Below, piece by piece: positions 38,004 to 51,470 of a DNA stretch of 64,000 bases. The notes under the pieces are model-generated. The model worked only from the letters and a program-made list of their open reading frames with translations, had not been told where the DNA came from and searched no databases. Positions within the stretch are counted from its first letter, which is position 1; every line of letters starts with the position of its first letter. The DNA lies in NCBI RefSeq assembly GCF_009914755.1, contig NC_060931.1; one strand, given 5' to 3'. The translations under genes were made by a program, and so were the position numbers. The DNA comes from the human T2T-CHM13v2.0 reference genome, Homo sapiens.

Positions 38004-38452
38004 AGTTATTTTTCTGTCATTTTCTAGCATTTGTATTTGCAGAAGAGATGGTTTACTTCCTCTGTGGGTAACCAGGTTATCAGATTTGGTGTTTTCCAAA
38101 GAAAAGGTAAGAGCGGTCTGCTTTCATTGTCTGCTTGGTGCTAGTACAATCTCCCTCCCAGTTCTATACCTGCAGCCTAGTTGATGTCTCAGTAACTAAA
38201 ACACTTCCCACTGTCTGGCAGACACTCATCTAGTGCAATGATTTTAAATTGCTTATTTTTTTTCAAGAAGCCTATTTCATATATGAAAAATTATGCATAA
38301 GCTTGTTATTGCAAACAGGAAAAAGCGGACTCGCCCTGACTGAATTTCGGAGATGTGCTGAGCCCATTCTTTGACCTGTCCTTTCTCCCTGTAGTGGGAG
38401 ATATTTTTGGGGAATCTCAGGGCACATAGCATGTTTAAAAAACACTGATTCT

Positions 38453-38755
38453 GGCCCAGCAGGGTGGCTTATGCCTGTAATCCCAGCACTTTGGGAGGCC
38501 AAGGCAGGTGGATCAGTTGAGTTCAGGAGTTCAAGACCAGCCTGGGCAATATAGCAAAATTCTGTTTCTACAAAAAATGCAAAAATTAGCTGGGCATTTT
38601 GGCGTGTGCCTGTAGTCCCAGCTACTTGGGAGGTTCAGGTAGTAGGATGGCTTGAGTACAGGAGGCGGATGTTACAAGTGAGCCTAGATTGCACCGCTGC
38701 ACTCCAGCCTGGGCAACAGAGACAGACTCTGTCGGAAAAAAAAAAAAAAAAAAGG
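38453..38755 (+). mobile_element. AluJ (Jb-like)
   Basis: Full dimer. 15-bp TSD aaaaacactgattct at 38438-38452 and 38756-38770, next to a ttt/aaaa endonuclease site. Confidence 0.93.
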
Positions 38756-39179
38756 AAAAACACTGATTCTGCAGGGATGACATTGGTTCTTCTCTCTTAC
38801 CACTTGCTCCCCACCACCAACCTGGTCATGATCTTTTCATGCGATACAGGGGAAAAGAGTCTATGCTGCTCCCAGCACCCTACCATCCCTGTTTCTACCT
38901 AGACCCTGTCATGTGTAGGGACCCTACCTCTTGGAATGCAAGGTGTTTCTATGCTCCCCTTCCTCTTTCTCTTCTATTTACTTCTGAGTAATGCAGTCTT
39001 GGTTTCTAAATGGATATAGGTTAAAAGGTGCCATTGAGGGTATAAAGGCAAGATCCAAACCCTACCTGTCTCAAAGCATCCTGCAGAGCCTGGGGGTGGT
39101 TGTTGTTTTCTGACACTCTGCTTCTCTGGGTCAGGGAAGACAGAGGGGGAAGGAAGGCACAGTCTTTTCTCAGCCTCCC

Positions 39180-39727
39180 TATGCAGAAAAGAGTTAGCAG
39201 AGTAGAACTAAACTGCTGTCCTTGAAAAGGCCTGCTTCAAAGGGTGGCCCTTGGCTGTCATCTGGGAGCTTAGATTCCCACTATGAACTGATAAGAGTGG
39301 CTCACTGTGCCCATTTAACTGTTTTTACACACAGTGTGGTTTACGCCGGACACCTCCTTTCCTTCTGAGAGTTTACAGTTTGGGTATGTGCCAGGCAGGG
39401 GGTTGCATCTGGGGACATCCCCCAATAAAAGCCTTGGTCATTGAGTCTAACAAGCTTCCCTGGTTGGCTGCATTTCATACATGTTGTGATGACTTGTTGC
39501 TGCGGAAATTAAACATGCCCAGTGTATTTCCACTGGGTGAGAAATCTTGGAAGCCTGTGCCTGCTTTCCCTCTTGCTTCACCCCAGGGGCCTTTTGACTT
39601 TGCTGAATGTGCTTGGTACCGTTTTGTTGTTATAGATCATACCTCTGACTACAACTATATGCTGAGTCTTTTGAGTCTTCCTAGTGAATTGTCAAATCTA
39701 GGGGAGGTTTTAGGACCTCCTGACATA
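39180..39727 (+). mobile_element. MER68-like ERVL solo LTR
   Basis: tgcagaaaagagtta...aaaggcctgctt...tggcccttggctg...aactgataagagtggctcactgtgcc, plus ccccaataaaa and a terminal gacctcctgaca. Confidence 0.8.
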
Positions 39728-40075
39728 TTGCCACTTTCAGACTAGCATGGCTGTTGGTTTCAAAGGGCAGAGTGTTTGTAAACCACCAGCCAATTTTCTC
39801 AAGCAAGCTCCATAGGCCTTGAAGCTGGTGGGCATGCTCCCAGATTCTGGCAAAAAGTTGCTAACTTGTTTTTTGCCTCTGTGGTTATGTAATTTAGTTT
39901 TTAATTTTTATGTTTTTCTGATGTCTCCATATGTATTTTAGCAGAAAGGAAAGATTGTATCAGAGACTCATAGCATTAACACTGTTGAAATCACAATTTT
40001 GGGCATCTCACACTTTAAAATTTTGAGAGATGAGAGAATTTGGCTTATTCTGGTTTCTATTTTATTTTTATTTCT

Positions 40076-40506
40076 CATAGTGGGTTGAATAGTCCAAGTT
40101 CTAACCTCCAGTACCTGGGACTGTGATCTTATTTGAAAGCAGTGTCTTTGAAGATAGTATTAAGTTAAGGCTCTTGGGATTAAATCAACCTGGATTTAGG
40201 GTGAGCTCTAAATTCAATGACAGAGGGTTATTTAGAGACATAGAAAGGGAAAGTCTGGATGAAAGTAGAGGCAGAGATAGAAGTGATATGTTTACAAGCC
40301 AAGGAATACTAAGATTTGCTAGTAGCCACCAAAAGCTAGGAGAGAAGTGTGAAAGAATTCTCCTTCAGAGCATCCAGGAGGAACCACACCTGCCAGCACC
40401 TTGATTTTGGACTTCTGACCTCCAGAACTATGACAGAATATATTTCTATTGTTTTCAGCCACCTAGTTTATGGTATTTTGTTATGGCAGCCTTAGGAAAC
40501 AAATAC
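40076..40506 (+). mobile_element. MLT1C-like MaLR solo LTR
   Basis: gtgatcttatttgaaa...caagccaaggaa...accttgattttggacttctgacctccagaactatga...ttgttatggcagccttaggaaac. Confidence 0.85.
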
Positions 40507-41596
40507 TATTCTTGATGTTTGGAATAATCCCTGGGAGAGGCGAGTGAGGAGGGAAGCCCTGACTTGCAGGAAAGGAGATCTGAGCAAAGTTTGAGAAGGT
40601 GTAAGCCACTTTCGAAAAATGTACAAATGAGCCCCATGTGGTGATTAAACCCCTCAAGATGTAGTTTTCATCTTATTCTAAACTGCTTGATCTTGAATGC
40701 CAGATGTTCTGGGTACTCCAGGCCTCTCCTCCATCATTGCATTTTGTTTGGGCTCAGAGACCCTGCAACTCTGGTCTACCTGGGGCATCTGACTTTGATT
40801 TCAACTCAGACTCTAAGAACATTAGAGAACTCCAAGAAAGGGCATAGCTGCTTGAGCAGCAGGAAGAGCTTATTCCAACCCCCTATTACGTGGCCCCACC
40901 TCCCACTACAGACAGGCTCCTCAGGTATGCATTTTTGACATCCAAGCTCTTAAGGCAGAAGTCCATCTGTTGGAGTGTGATGGCGGCCAGGAGATAGGGA
41001 AGACCGTCTTTACCCCATGACTCATGGGCTTTTACTTCTCAGTGAATGCTCTGCAGGCCTGAGGGTCACCCAGTATAGAAAACAATGGGTGCAATGACAG
41101 GTGCCTGTTTCAGACCCATTCTAGATGCCTGGCCTTTACATAGTCTCTAAAAGTGGCCTTCTTAGAGAAGGCATGGAACTGCAGGGTCAGGCCTGCTTGA
41201 CATCTCCCAGATGCTTGAGGAATGCCTTACTTGGCATGGAGACTTCATTGTTTTATGACTCTGTTTCTTGATGTTGTGGATGTTGGTTAAGAATCAGCAA
41301 ATAGTTCTTTTCTTAGCTGTCACAAAGGCAAGGTGACCATTAGCAATTGATCAGTGACTCCTTCCTATCCTATTGGAAATCCTCTGACCCTCGAACTCTG
41401 AAATTCTTTTGTCCTTCCTCATATTGGCCCAAAGACTTCCCTTGCCTTGTTTTGATGTTTGCTCCACAAGAATATCTGGCTATTCTGGCCCCTGTCTCCG
41501 TATTCATTTTCCTGAATGGGATTCTTTAAACCTGTGGCAGGGACTTTTTGTTCTCTCCCCAATATCCATTCTCCTTCCATTCTTTACCAGAATTCC

Positions 41597-42025
41597 TGTA
41601 GGGCATTTGTTTTTGGAAGGCAGCCAAATCCTTAGCTGAAACAACTATATTTCCCAGTATTCTTTGCTGGGAAAGGAGTGGCCAATGAAATATAAACAGA
41701 AGGCATTGGTTGGAACTTCTGAGGAAGCCTTGCTAACGACACTGGTGCCATTTCAGCCGTGCCTACCACTATTCTTCAGGCTTGGAGCACAGCATTGTAC
41801 GTGCAGCCATCTTGGGCCATGATGCCATCCTTGAGGATGCAAACCACGCACTAAGGATGATGGCACGGAGAGTTGAAGAAGGCTGGTCCCCAAAGACCCT
41901 GGGGCTTCCTTTCCAGTCCTGGATCATCAACCTCTGAATTTCTTTTTCTTCAGTGAAAAATATCTTCTTTATGCACCATTATTTAAGGTTTCTAATATAT
42001 GCAGCAAAACTTAGTCCTGATTGGC
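41597..42025 (+). mobile_element. MLT1J-like MaLR LTR
   Basis: tatttcccag...ggccaatgaaatataaacagaag...gcagccatcttgggccatga...aaggatgatggca. Confidence 0.6.
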
Positions 42026-42676
42026 TAACCCTCCTCTTTCTCTAGGTTGGAATATTTTGATTATATTTGTCTTTTCTCCATTTATATTTGCCTAACACAG
42101 AGAAATTCATTTAATAATCATACAATAGGTAATTAACATTTCACCAATATTATCAAGTGTATGATTGCATCTAATGTATTCCACAATTCTAGTTAATAAT
42201 TATGTACCAAAATAGGTCAAAATAAAATAAAAGAAAATAAACAGCAAGGCACATTGCATGTGTGATTCCTAAGATAATTGTATCCCATTATATTTAGTTT
42301 TTAAGTTTCTTATTTGAAAATTTAATTTAATGAAGAAGATGTATGATGTTGGAATGCTACCTATGTCACCATCTGGCTCCCCATAGCTGCCTGTCAGTAC
42401 TAGAAGCTCAAAGTGGAGCCATATGGGCCATTTCTAAAATAAGTTTTTGCCTTTTAGACAGAATGGTGGCTCAACTTTGAGGCTCAATTTTTGTGGCTCA
42501 TAGGATAAAGGATCAATTACCACCTATAAGCTTTTCTGCACAATTTATATAAATAAAAGATTATTACTGCCAAATGTATCTGGTCTTCATGACTTACAAA
42601 TGGAAACAGAAAGAATTGGGGACCATAACTTGAAAGATGGCTTCACAGATTCACAGAATAAAAATTATGTATGCTT

Positions 42677-43277
<601 letters not shown>

Positions 43278-45499
43278 TATGCTTCTTTTTATTAACCTTT
43301 GTTTTAAAAGAACTCTTGTGTCAGTTAACTGGAAATTAAAAACTGAAAGTGGGGATTTATTTCTTTTTCATTTTCCGTATCTCCATTCTCTAACTGATTA
43401 TTCATCTTTAGTGAGACATAGCATCCAAAAGCCGCCATCCGTAATTTATGGTACTTTTTGCAGAGTGATTTCTGTCACATTAGTAGAAATTTGTCAACAG
43501 TTGCTTCTCCACAAGAGGAATTTTTAAAAGTTGTTTGTTCATTTGCTGAAGCATTAAAAGATAAATGAAATCTCAAAGAAAATTACACACACAAAAAATA
43601 CAGGGGAAAAAAATCTTTAATTTCCCTAATTTGGAAAGTTTCTAAAATAAATCACCTCTCACTAATTATAATTCAATAAAAATTAAACTGCTAATATGCC
43701 CCCAAACATAAAGAAAACATGAAGGGAACATGTTTACAATGAATCAGTTTCAAGGTAGTATCAGTTTTAGATTTTCCCCTTGAACAGAGATGGCAGCTGT
43801 TAGAAAGAGTGTGTTTGTGTGGCTAGTTCCCTGAAGAGCCCATCAACTTAGTAAGCACTCACACATTCCCACACTTCTCTTTTTGTTTGGCACAAGAAAT
43901 CCATGCAGATGGTAAGTGGAAATTAGCTACGAAGGGGAGATAAAAGGTCCATAGTTTGAGATGCAATTCCCCTGAAAATAATGGGCAATCACCCATCATA
44001 TATTTCTTTGCTTCTCTTGAATGGGACAAACTTCAAAGTGACACGGACAACTTTTCAAGAATGCAGTGCCTCTGAGGCTGACATAAAAGGCTTCTTTTTC
44101 AGGAAGCCGTGATGTTTGTGTGTCTCTGCCCTTCCATGACTCCGTGTTCCATCTGTTCAGCCTGGGTGCCTTCAAACCCTCCAGCAGTCACTGTGTTCTG
44201 GGTGTTCATCTTGTTGCTGGTGTATCGTCAGATTTAGGGCCTTAACAATTCTCTGTGTCTCCTCCAGCTGGGCAGATTGCATTAGGGGGTGGAGCCCCAG
44301 GCATGATCTGTCTGTCTCTGCAGTGCCCCAGTTATGCATGTTGTGTTCCTCTAGAGTGAGTTTCAGCAAAGACGAGTGTGTCTCTTTTGGTTTGTGTCAT
44401 GGACAAATGGCTTCTTTCAGGGGGGTATTCTTCAGTAATCTGTTTCCTCACTCTGTGCCTGAACTCTATAGCCAGGTGCTAAACCTAGCCTTGAAAACTG
44501 AGGAATATCTGCTCTTAATCCTGACCTGTGAGAATCACTGGTGGTAGCATAAAGGCCTTGGTGCCCTATGAAGCAACTAAACTTTCCTTTGTATTTCAAA
44601 GATGACTCATTTGGTACAGTTGTTGGGTTAAGTTTCAAATGACATGTGATGTTTAAAATGCTTTCCCCCCTGGGATGAGCATGCTGGTCCCTGAATAGTT
44701 TTGCTTTTGTACTCAGAGACTGAAGGAAATTGTTTCTGTTTTGAGCCTGTGCTTTAGTCTCCCCAGTCCAGCCTCTGCACCTAGGTGGGAGTTGGGAGGA
44801 TTAGGAGAGGGAACTGAAGAAGCCCACAGGAATGGAATGTGTTAGAAAGCTCTAGCACGATTTCTGGAGATGCAAAATAGACACATGTGAAATGATTTGG
44901 AAGGAAGCAATAAATTCCAAAATGTAAGCATTAAGTGCAGAAAAATCAACTTTCAACCGTAGTGTTTACTGTGGTAGCAGGGAAAAATGTAGAGGAAGTG
45001 GAGCTTGAAAAGCAAGAGAAGATGCGGGATGGTATTTATGGAGTGGAGTCTAGCATAAGCAAAGTTCAGAGGCAAGGGAGTGTCAGCATTGGGTTGACAT
45101 CAGACAGCATTGCCATGGATTGTGGTGGGAGATGACACAGAGATGTTCCATAACAGGGAGAGGGAGGCCAGATGCCTTTGGGAAGAGGGTACTTCTTTAG
45201 GTAGCAAGCGAAATGTCCTAAGAGAGAGAAGAGAAGAAGAGAACAGTACAAAGGGGAAAAGACGGTTTTTGCAAGGAGTTCAGGCCATGTGACCTGAGGG
45301 TTTCACGGTAAGAGGCAGGGTACACATAGCTGACTGAAGGGGGTAGCATTCTAAGTAAGGCATGACCCAGGCCATCCAAAAGCACCTCCTCAGATTACAG
45401 CAAAGGAAGTGCTTTACAGCACTGAGGAGCCCATTGGAGATAATCTTCTCCCACCTCCAACACCCCAGGCATCATAATAAGTGGTATCAAAAATGCCAT

Positions 45500-45730
45500 C
45501 AGCTTCCTGAGCCAGCCATTGAATTAATGTTGCATTAGGTTATTTCAACTTATTACTATAAATTTCTAAAAGAGTTCACATTCAATATTTCATGTATTCT
45601 CAGAACTCTAGGTAGGGAGAAGTTATTACTAAACAATGCTCTGAGGAAATTAAATCACTGTGGTCACTCAACTAATAAATGAGGGGTTAAATCTGGAGCC
45701 TGATCTTTGTGACTCTAAACCAGTGACCCA
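45500..45730 (-). mobile_element. MIR
   Basis: Degenerate antisense MIR (ctctaggtaggg...ggtcactcaactaataaatg...tgactctaaaccagtg). Confidence 0.5.
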
Positions 45731-45804
45731 GGAGGCCAGGTAGACAGGATAGTTTTGAGGCAGGAGGCTTTTTCAAGTGTAGGCTCTCTGCAAGTGTATA
45801 TATT

Positions 45805-46180
45805 CATTCTGTTTGCTAAATATTTTCATTTCTCCTTCCTGTCAGGCACATGGCATGATTCCACTTCTTGGCTCCCATGTGAGTACTTCTGGCCAATGAG
45901 TTGTGAGCAGATGTGTGTCACCCCTAGGTGAAAGTGACTGCCTGCCAGCATGAGAGCCTCCTGAGCTCTCTTGCTTTCTGCCCCAGTGACTGTCAGGCTC
46001 CAGATATTGTCTGCCTGATCAGCTTTAGGTCCCAGAGTATGTAGACAAGGAGCAGAACTCCCAACCAACCCATAATGAGCATGTATCATGAGGGAGAAAT
46101 GAACCTTTGCTGTTCTATGCCACTGGGAGTTTAAATTGCTTAGCGCAGGAGAACATAGCCTGCCCTGGCTGAGATACCAA
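45805..46180 (+). mobile_element. MLT1I/J-like MaLR LTR
   Basis: cttctggccaatgagttgtgagcaga...gagaaatgaacctttgctgttctatgccactgggagttt...catagcctgccctggctgagata. Confidence 0.7.
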
Positions 46181-46639
46181 GTGTGAGGTATTGACAGCCT
46201 AGGCAAATAATGGAGGCAGAGGAAATGGGAAGCAAGAGATAAAGACTAAGGAGGAACATGTAGAACTTCATAAATGATAGAATATGATTATGTAGGAGAA
46301 GCAGGCTTTGAAGACAATGCCAAAGTTTGCAGTCCAGATACAGGAAGAATGGAGGTGACTTTGGTTTGACGATAATAAACTTAGCATTTCTTTACTTAAA
46401 AAAAATGAAAATAGCTCCTGACCAGATTTTAAAAGCAAAATATACTAATCATAAAGATTCAAGAAATACCAAAAATTATAAAGAAAAAATTAAAAATTGA
46501 CATGATTTAACACACCTCAATAATGATTGTTTGCATTTTGGCTCACATACACAGACATGCTTGTTTATGTATGCTTATAAACATATTTGGAAAAATTATA
46601 AACTATTTGACATGTACATGAAATGGATGTACATATGAG

Positions 46640-46915
46640 GCATTCATTAAAAAAAAATTACTGACTACCTATCACTAAGCAGGCAGTAGATTAGGTGCTG
46701 GAGTATAAATGTTAGTGAATGAGTTACCATTTATTTCCTCAGGGAGCTTAGGGACTAGTAAGGAAAATTCTCATCTATAAGGGAGCAATTGGAAATATGG
46801 AATTGGAGTTTACTGTGGTGCAGATTTGGGAATTTCAGGCCACAAACAGCAGTTATGGCTCAGGAATGACTGATTTTCCAGAGGGAAAAGAAGACAAGTA
46901 AAGAGATGAAGACTT
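46640..46915 (-). mobile_element. L2 3' fragment
   Basis: cattcatt...attactgactacct...attaggtgctggagtata...cctcagggagcttag. Confidence 0.55.
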
Positions 46916-46929
46916 CTTCCAGGAACCTG

Positions 46930-47380
46930 AGGTACTTCATTGTCTGCAGAGATGCCTCATCCTACACCCCTCAGTCACTCATATCTGGATACATTGGACC
47001 TTGTCAACATCAATAATGGACATACCTCTGATATTTGAACTCTGAATCTCACTCTGTGACCACAACTTTGTATCTTTCTAAGTCTTTAATCTTCAACCTC
47101 ACAGAACTCTTCATACCCTAAAATATAGTATTTTCACCTGGTCTGTCATCCCCTTTTGTGCCTTCATTTTTTTTCCTTACCAAGACTGGTTCCCATGGTG
47201 ATCCCATGAATGACTTTATCACTAATAACCACAACTCGCATATATTTCCCCTTTGTAACATGCTTGTCCAGCAACTACTTCAATCCATTCTACAGTCCAC
47301 CTTCACTGTCTCCCTAGACTGAGGAGAAAGCATGAGAGTGTAAATTTAAGGTTTCCAGTTTGAGCTGGGGGCTGAGAACC
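46930..47380 (+). mobile_element. L2 ORF2 endonuclease-region fragment, sense orientation
   Basis: cactcat...ggatacattggaccttgtcaacatcaataat...ctctgtgaccacaac gives a degenerate TH..G.TLDLV..NN...L.DH motif, similar to the minus-strand copy at 49719-50162. Confidence 0.6.
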
Positions 47381-48079
47381 TCAATTGCTTGCTCATTTAA
47401 TAAGAACATACTGAGTGTTGACTGTGTCAGGATAGACACTATGATATGTTGGTGAACAAACCACATAAGAACTCCTGCCTGTGTGGAGTTGATATTCTAG
47501 AGCAGACAGATATACAATAAACAAATAAGTAAAATATACGGTATATAAGATGGTGAACATGGCATGGGGAAAAGTGGGGTGGGAAATGGTACAGGGAGGG
47601 CTGGAGAATAAATAGAAATTTCAAAGATGGTTCACTGAGGAGGAGTTGAGTGAAGACTTGAAAAGGGGAATACACTATGCAGGTAATCTGGAGGAAGAGA
47701 ACAGGCAAGGGGAACATTAAATACAATGGTCTTGAGGCAGGGGAATGCCTGAAATATTTGAAGAGTAGCAACTTTGGAATGGAGTGAGGGAGGTGGCTAA
47801 GAGCAGGAGATGAGGTCAGAGAGGTAACAAAAGTCATTTTGTTTTGGACCTTGTCAGCCATTGGAAGAACTGTGGTTTTACTCTGAGATGCAAAGTCATT
47901 TGGAGGATTTTGAGCAGAAGTGTGATATGATCCAACTTATTTTTTAAAAGGATTGTTTGGGTTGCTATGTTGAAAATAGTATTGGGAGGAATGGGCAGAG
48001 GTTTGAAACAGAGAGACCAATTACAGGGTCATTGCAATAATCCAGAACAATGCTTTTGAGTAGTAAAGGGGGGGTGAAG

Positions 48080-48491
48080 GTAGTGAGAATTTTTTTAACT
48101 GTGTATACGTTTTAGAAGTTGAGTCAAGAAGATTTTCTTGCATGGATATGTGAAAGAAAGAGAAATCTCAGAAGTCAAAGATTTTGGCCTGAGCAGTAAA
48201 AAGGATAGGGTTACTATGAACTGAAATGGGAAAGACTGAGGAGGAGCAGGATTTGGTGGTGACTTCAGTAGTGGGTTTTAGATTTGTAGTGAGAATTTTT
48301 TTAACTGTGTATATGTTTTAGAAGTTGAGTCAAGAAGATTTTCTTGCATGGATATGTGAAAGAAAGAGAAATCTCAGAAGTCAAAGATTTTGGCCTGAGC
48401 AGTAAGAAGGATAGGGTTACTATGAACTGAAATGGGAAAGACTGAGGAGGAGCAGGATTTGGTGGTGACTTCAGTAGTGGGTTTTAGATTT
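48080..48491 (+). repeat. 206-bp head-to-tail tandem duplication (2 mismatches)
   Basis: 48080-48285 and 48286-48491 differ only at atacgt/atatgt and agtaaaaagg/agtaagaagg. Confidence 0.95.
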
Positions 48492-48924
48492 GCAGAGTCT
48501 AATGACTTTAGACATTCAAATGGACACCTTGAGAAAGTTCCATCTCTGGAGTTGAGGGAGAGATTCTTGTGAGAAATAGAAGTTTGGGGATTGTCAGAAT
48601 GCAGATGTAATTTAAAATCGCAAGAGTGGATGTGATCCCTAAGAGAATAAGGGTGGATAGAGAAGAGAACAGATCCAAGGATCAAGCCCACAGGTACTTG
48701 AACATTTAGAGATCAGGGACTCAATGGGGACCCCATGAAGAACGATAAAGAGAAATGACCAGTGAAATAGAAGGAAAATCAAAAGAATGTGGGGTCCTGG
48801 AAACAAAGCAAAGAAAGTGTTTCAAGGAGGAGAATCACCTGTGTCAAATATTGCTGACAGGTTAAATAAGATGAGGATTGAGACTTAGTCACTAGATTTT
48901 GCAACAAGAAGGTGACTGACTGTA

Positions 48925-49150
48925 TGATTGCATTTATATGTAATGATCAGACTAGGCAAATCCATACAGACAGAAAGTAGGTTAGGGCTTGCCAGAGTCT
49001 GGGGGAAGGAGGAAATAAGAAGTAACTGCTGATGGGTATGAGGTTTCTTTTTGGGACAATTAAAATGTTCTGGAATTAATGTGATGGTTGTACAATCTTG
49101 TGAATATACTGCATAATTGCACACTTTAAAATTATGAATTTTATAGTATT
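48925..49150 (+). mobile_element. L1MB/ME 3' fragment inserted in the L2
   Basis: tgtatgattgcatttatatg...ggcaaatccatacagacagaaagtag...atgggtatgaggtttcttttt..aaaatgttctggaatta. Confidence 0.75.
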
Positions 49151-50186
49151 ATGTCAATGACAAAGATAATGGGAGAAGAGGAATTGGGCACAATGCATAT
49201 AGACAGCTTTTCCTGTTTGGCTGCAAATGGGAGTAGAGAAGCAGAATGGTGGATTGAAGTGGATATGAAATCAAATTGGAGGAAGTTAAAATAGGTGTCC
49301 TTTTGGAATGACTCAGTGGAGAGGGAAAATTTGGTGATACAGTAGAAGAGGGGAATAGCTGCTTTGGCAATGTCCTTAAGTAGACAACAGTGGGTAGGAT
49401 TCAGAGAATAAGTGGAGGATCTGGCCTTAGATAGGAGTGGGGGCATTTCCTTTAGGAACGCAATGAAACATATAATATGTGGTACAGCTACAGGTAGATG
49501 AGTACATGTGGTGGAGAGAGGATGTGGAAGTTCTCTTTAGCTGACTCTAGTGAAACAGGAACAAAGTTAGCTGAGAGTGATGATGGAAAGAAATATTAGA
49601 GATTTGAGGAGAGAAGAGAAGGTATAAAATTTTCATCTGGAAGATGGGAAGATTGAATAGACCCAGTAAATGTCATAGAAGTGTTATGCAACTCTAAGGG
49701 TCTACTTAAGGTTTGTAGTCACCAATTTAATAGACGAGTCAGCATGATCATGTGGTTTTCTCCAACAAGGCTTGGTTTGCTTGGATGCAGGTATAGAACA
49801 AGTAGAAATTCAGATCTAAACAAGTTAGGAGTTTTTCCGTGTGAGTTCAAGAAAGCCGAAAGTGAAGTGATGATAACAACGGACTGAGAAAGGTAAGCTA
49901 GGAAAGGATGCAAGTGAGAACGTGAAGACATGGAGAATAAGATCAATGCCTGAAGGGCCAGTGGGATTGAAAAATTGTTAGAGGAGGGTTGCCTAGTGAG
50001 CAAGAAAGGTAGTGGGTGATGGTCAGAGAGGGAGATTGTTGAAACTGAGATTATGAAGAGGTTTCTGTTATTGGTAATGACAAGGCTGAGGCAATGACCA
50101 CGGAAATGGGTTGCTGATATGGGGGAGAACAAGGTCATTAAAGAGGTTAGACATGAAAGCACTTGGTGTTAGGGCATCATCCACAT

Positions 50187-50531
50187 TGCTAGGGTCTGAA
50201 TGTGTCCCTCAAAATTCATGCATCGAAACTTAATTACCAATGTGATGAAGAGGTGGACATTTAGGAGGTGAGTAGGTCATGTGGGCTCTGCCCTCATGGA
50301 TAGGGTTTATGCCTTATACAAGAGGCTTCAGAGATCTGCCTCCCACTTCCTTCCGTACTTGCCTATATGAGGACGCCTAGACAGCACCATCTATGAGGAA
50401 TAGGTCCTCGCCAGATACTGAACCTGCTGGTACCTCATCTGGGACTTCCATCCTCCAGAACTGTAAGAAATAAATTTATAAATTTCCCGGTCTGTGGTAT
50501 TTTGTTGTAGCAGCAAGGATGAACTAAGACA
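50187..50531 (+). mobile_element. MSTD-like MaLR solo LTR
   Basis: tgctagggtctgaatgtgtccctcaaaattcatg...ccagaactgtaagaaataaattt...gaactaagaca. 5-bp TSD cacat/cacaa. Confidence 0.85.
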
Positions 50532-51129
50532 CACAAGGATGATAACAATGGAAAAAAAGTAACAAGATTGTGTTGGTGAGAGTGACAGTGAGCTGGTAAC
50601 TACAATCTTAGAACACTAAGAACGAATGACCTGGAAGGTGTAGCTAATTGCAATAAGGAGGGGAAAGTTGGGGATCACCTGTTGATGTGAGTGCAAAAGC
50701 TGTTTATTGTTTTTTTAAGAGCAGAGGAGGGAGGGACGAGCATGGTCTTGAAACAGCAAAAAACAAAAAACAAAAAAACAAAAAGGACTCTACCTTATCT
50801 CCATGCCCAGTGTGGACAGCTGGGGAGCTAGGAAATAGCCACCACTTGAGAGGGCCATGGAGGAAGCAGATCTTGGGCAGAGCATGTTTTAGTAAAATAA
50901 GCAGTGAAGGAAATATTCCAAGAAGGGATTTTGATAATGATTGAACATGAATAAAGTGTCAGTGAAGCCATAGTGAAGTGTTTCAGGAGTCAGGGAGAAA
51001 CAGGAGATGAGGTCAGTGTGAGCTGTTGAGAGCTGTATAAGGCATGAGATTAGTTGGGTGTCCTGGCTGGGCTTGGTGGTACTGGATGCAATCAGGCATA
51101 AAGGGCACAACTGACAATCAGCAGTGTGT

Positions 51130-51470
51130 ACTTGTGGGGGTGGTCTTCTCTGGAGCTCCATGGTTCTGGACAACTCTCTTTCTGCTCATCTGCTTTCTCT
51201 TACTAATACAAGTGTCATACCCTTCTTCACTTGGCCAGCTCCTGTGCATTCTTCAGCTACAAGGAACCTTTACCAACTCCCTTCAGTGCTCCCTTAACAT
51301 CTTGTAAGTAACATCACTGAACATCTTACCACTCTAATTGCTATTACCTATTTGTATATATATCTCCATAAACAGATTTTACGTTTCCTGAGGCAGGATT
51401 GGTCTTGCTTGTGTCCTCTGTGCTAAGCACAATGTATAGGATAGAGTACATGAAATATACCTGTTTGTTG
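51130..51470 (+). mobile_element. L2 3' end
   Basis: Pyrimidine-rich body with ttcctgaggcaggattggtcttg...gctaagcacaatg. Confidence 0.55.

Larger units (their letters stand above)
47385..51040 (-). mobile_element. Long L2 remnant (about 3.6 kb span, 3' end at about 47390, extending into the EN region)
   Basis: Antisense 3' end (cattt..aacatactgagtg..tgtgtcagg). ORF peptides (GLILGSVLFSIHPYSLRDHIHSCDFKLHLHSDNPQ; SATHFRGHCLSLVITNN..LSDHHPL) are L2 RT-like and EN-like. Confidence 0.8.

Noticed and set aside
39380-39745. 121-aa ORF
   Set aside because: Lies inside a MER68-like LTR, starts at a non-ATG codon and has no recognisable domain.
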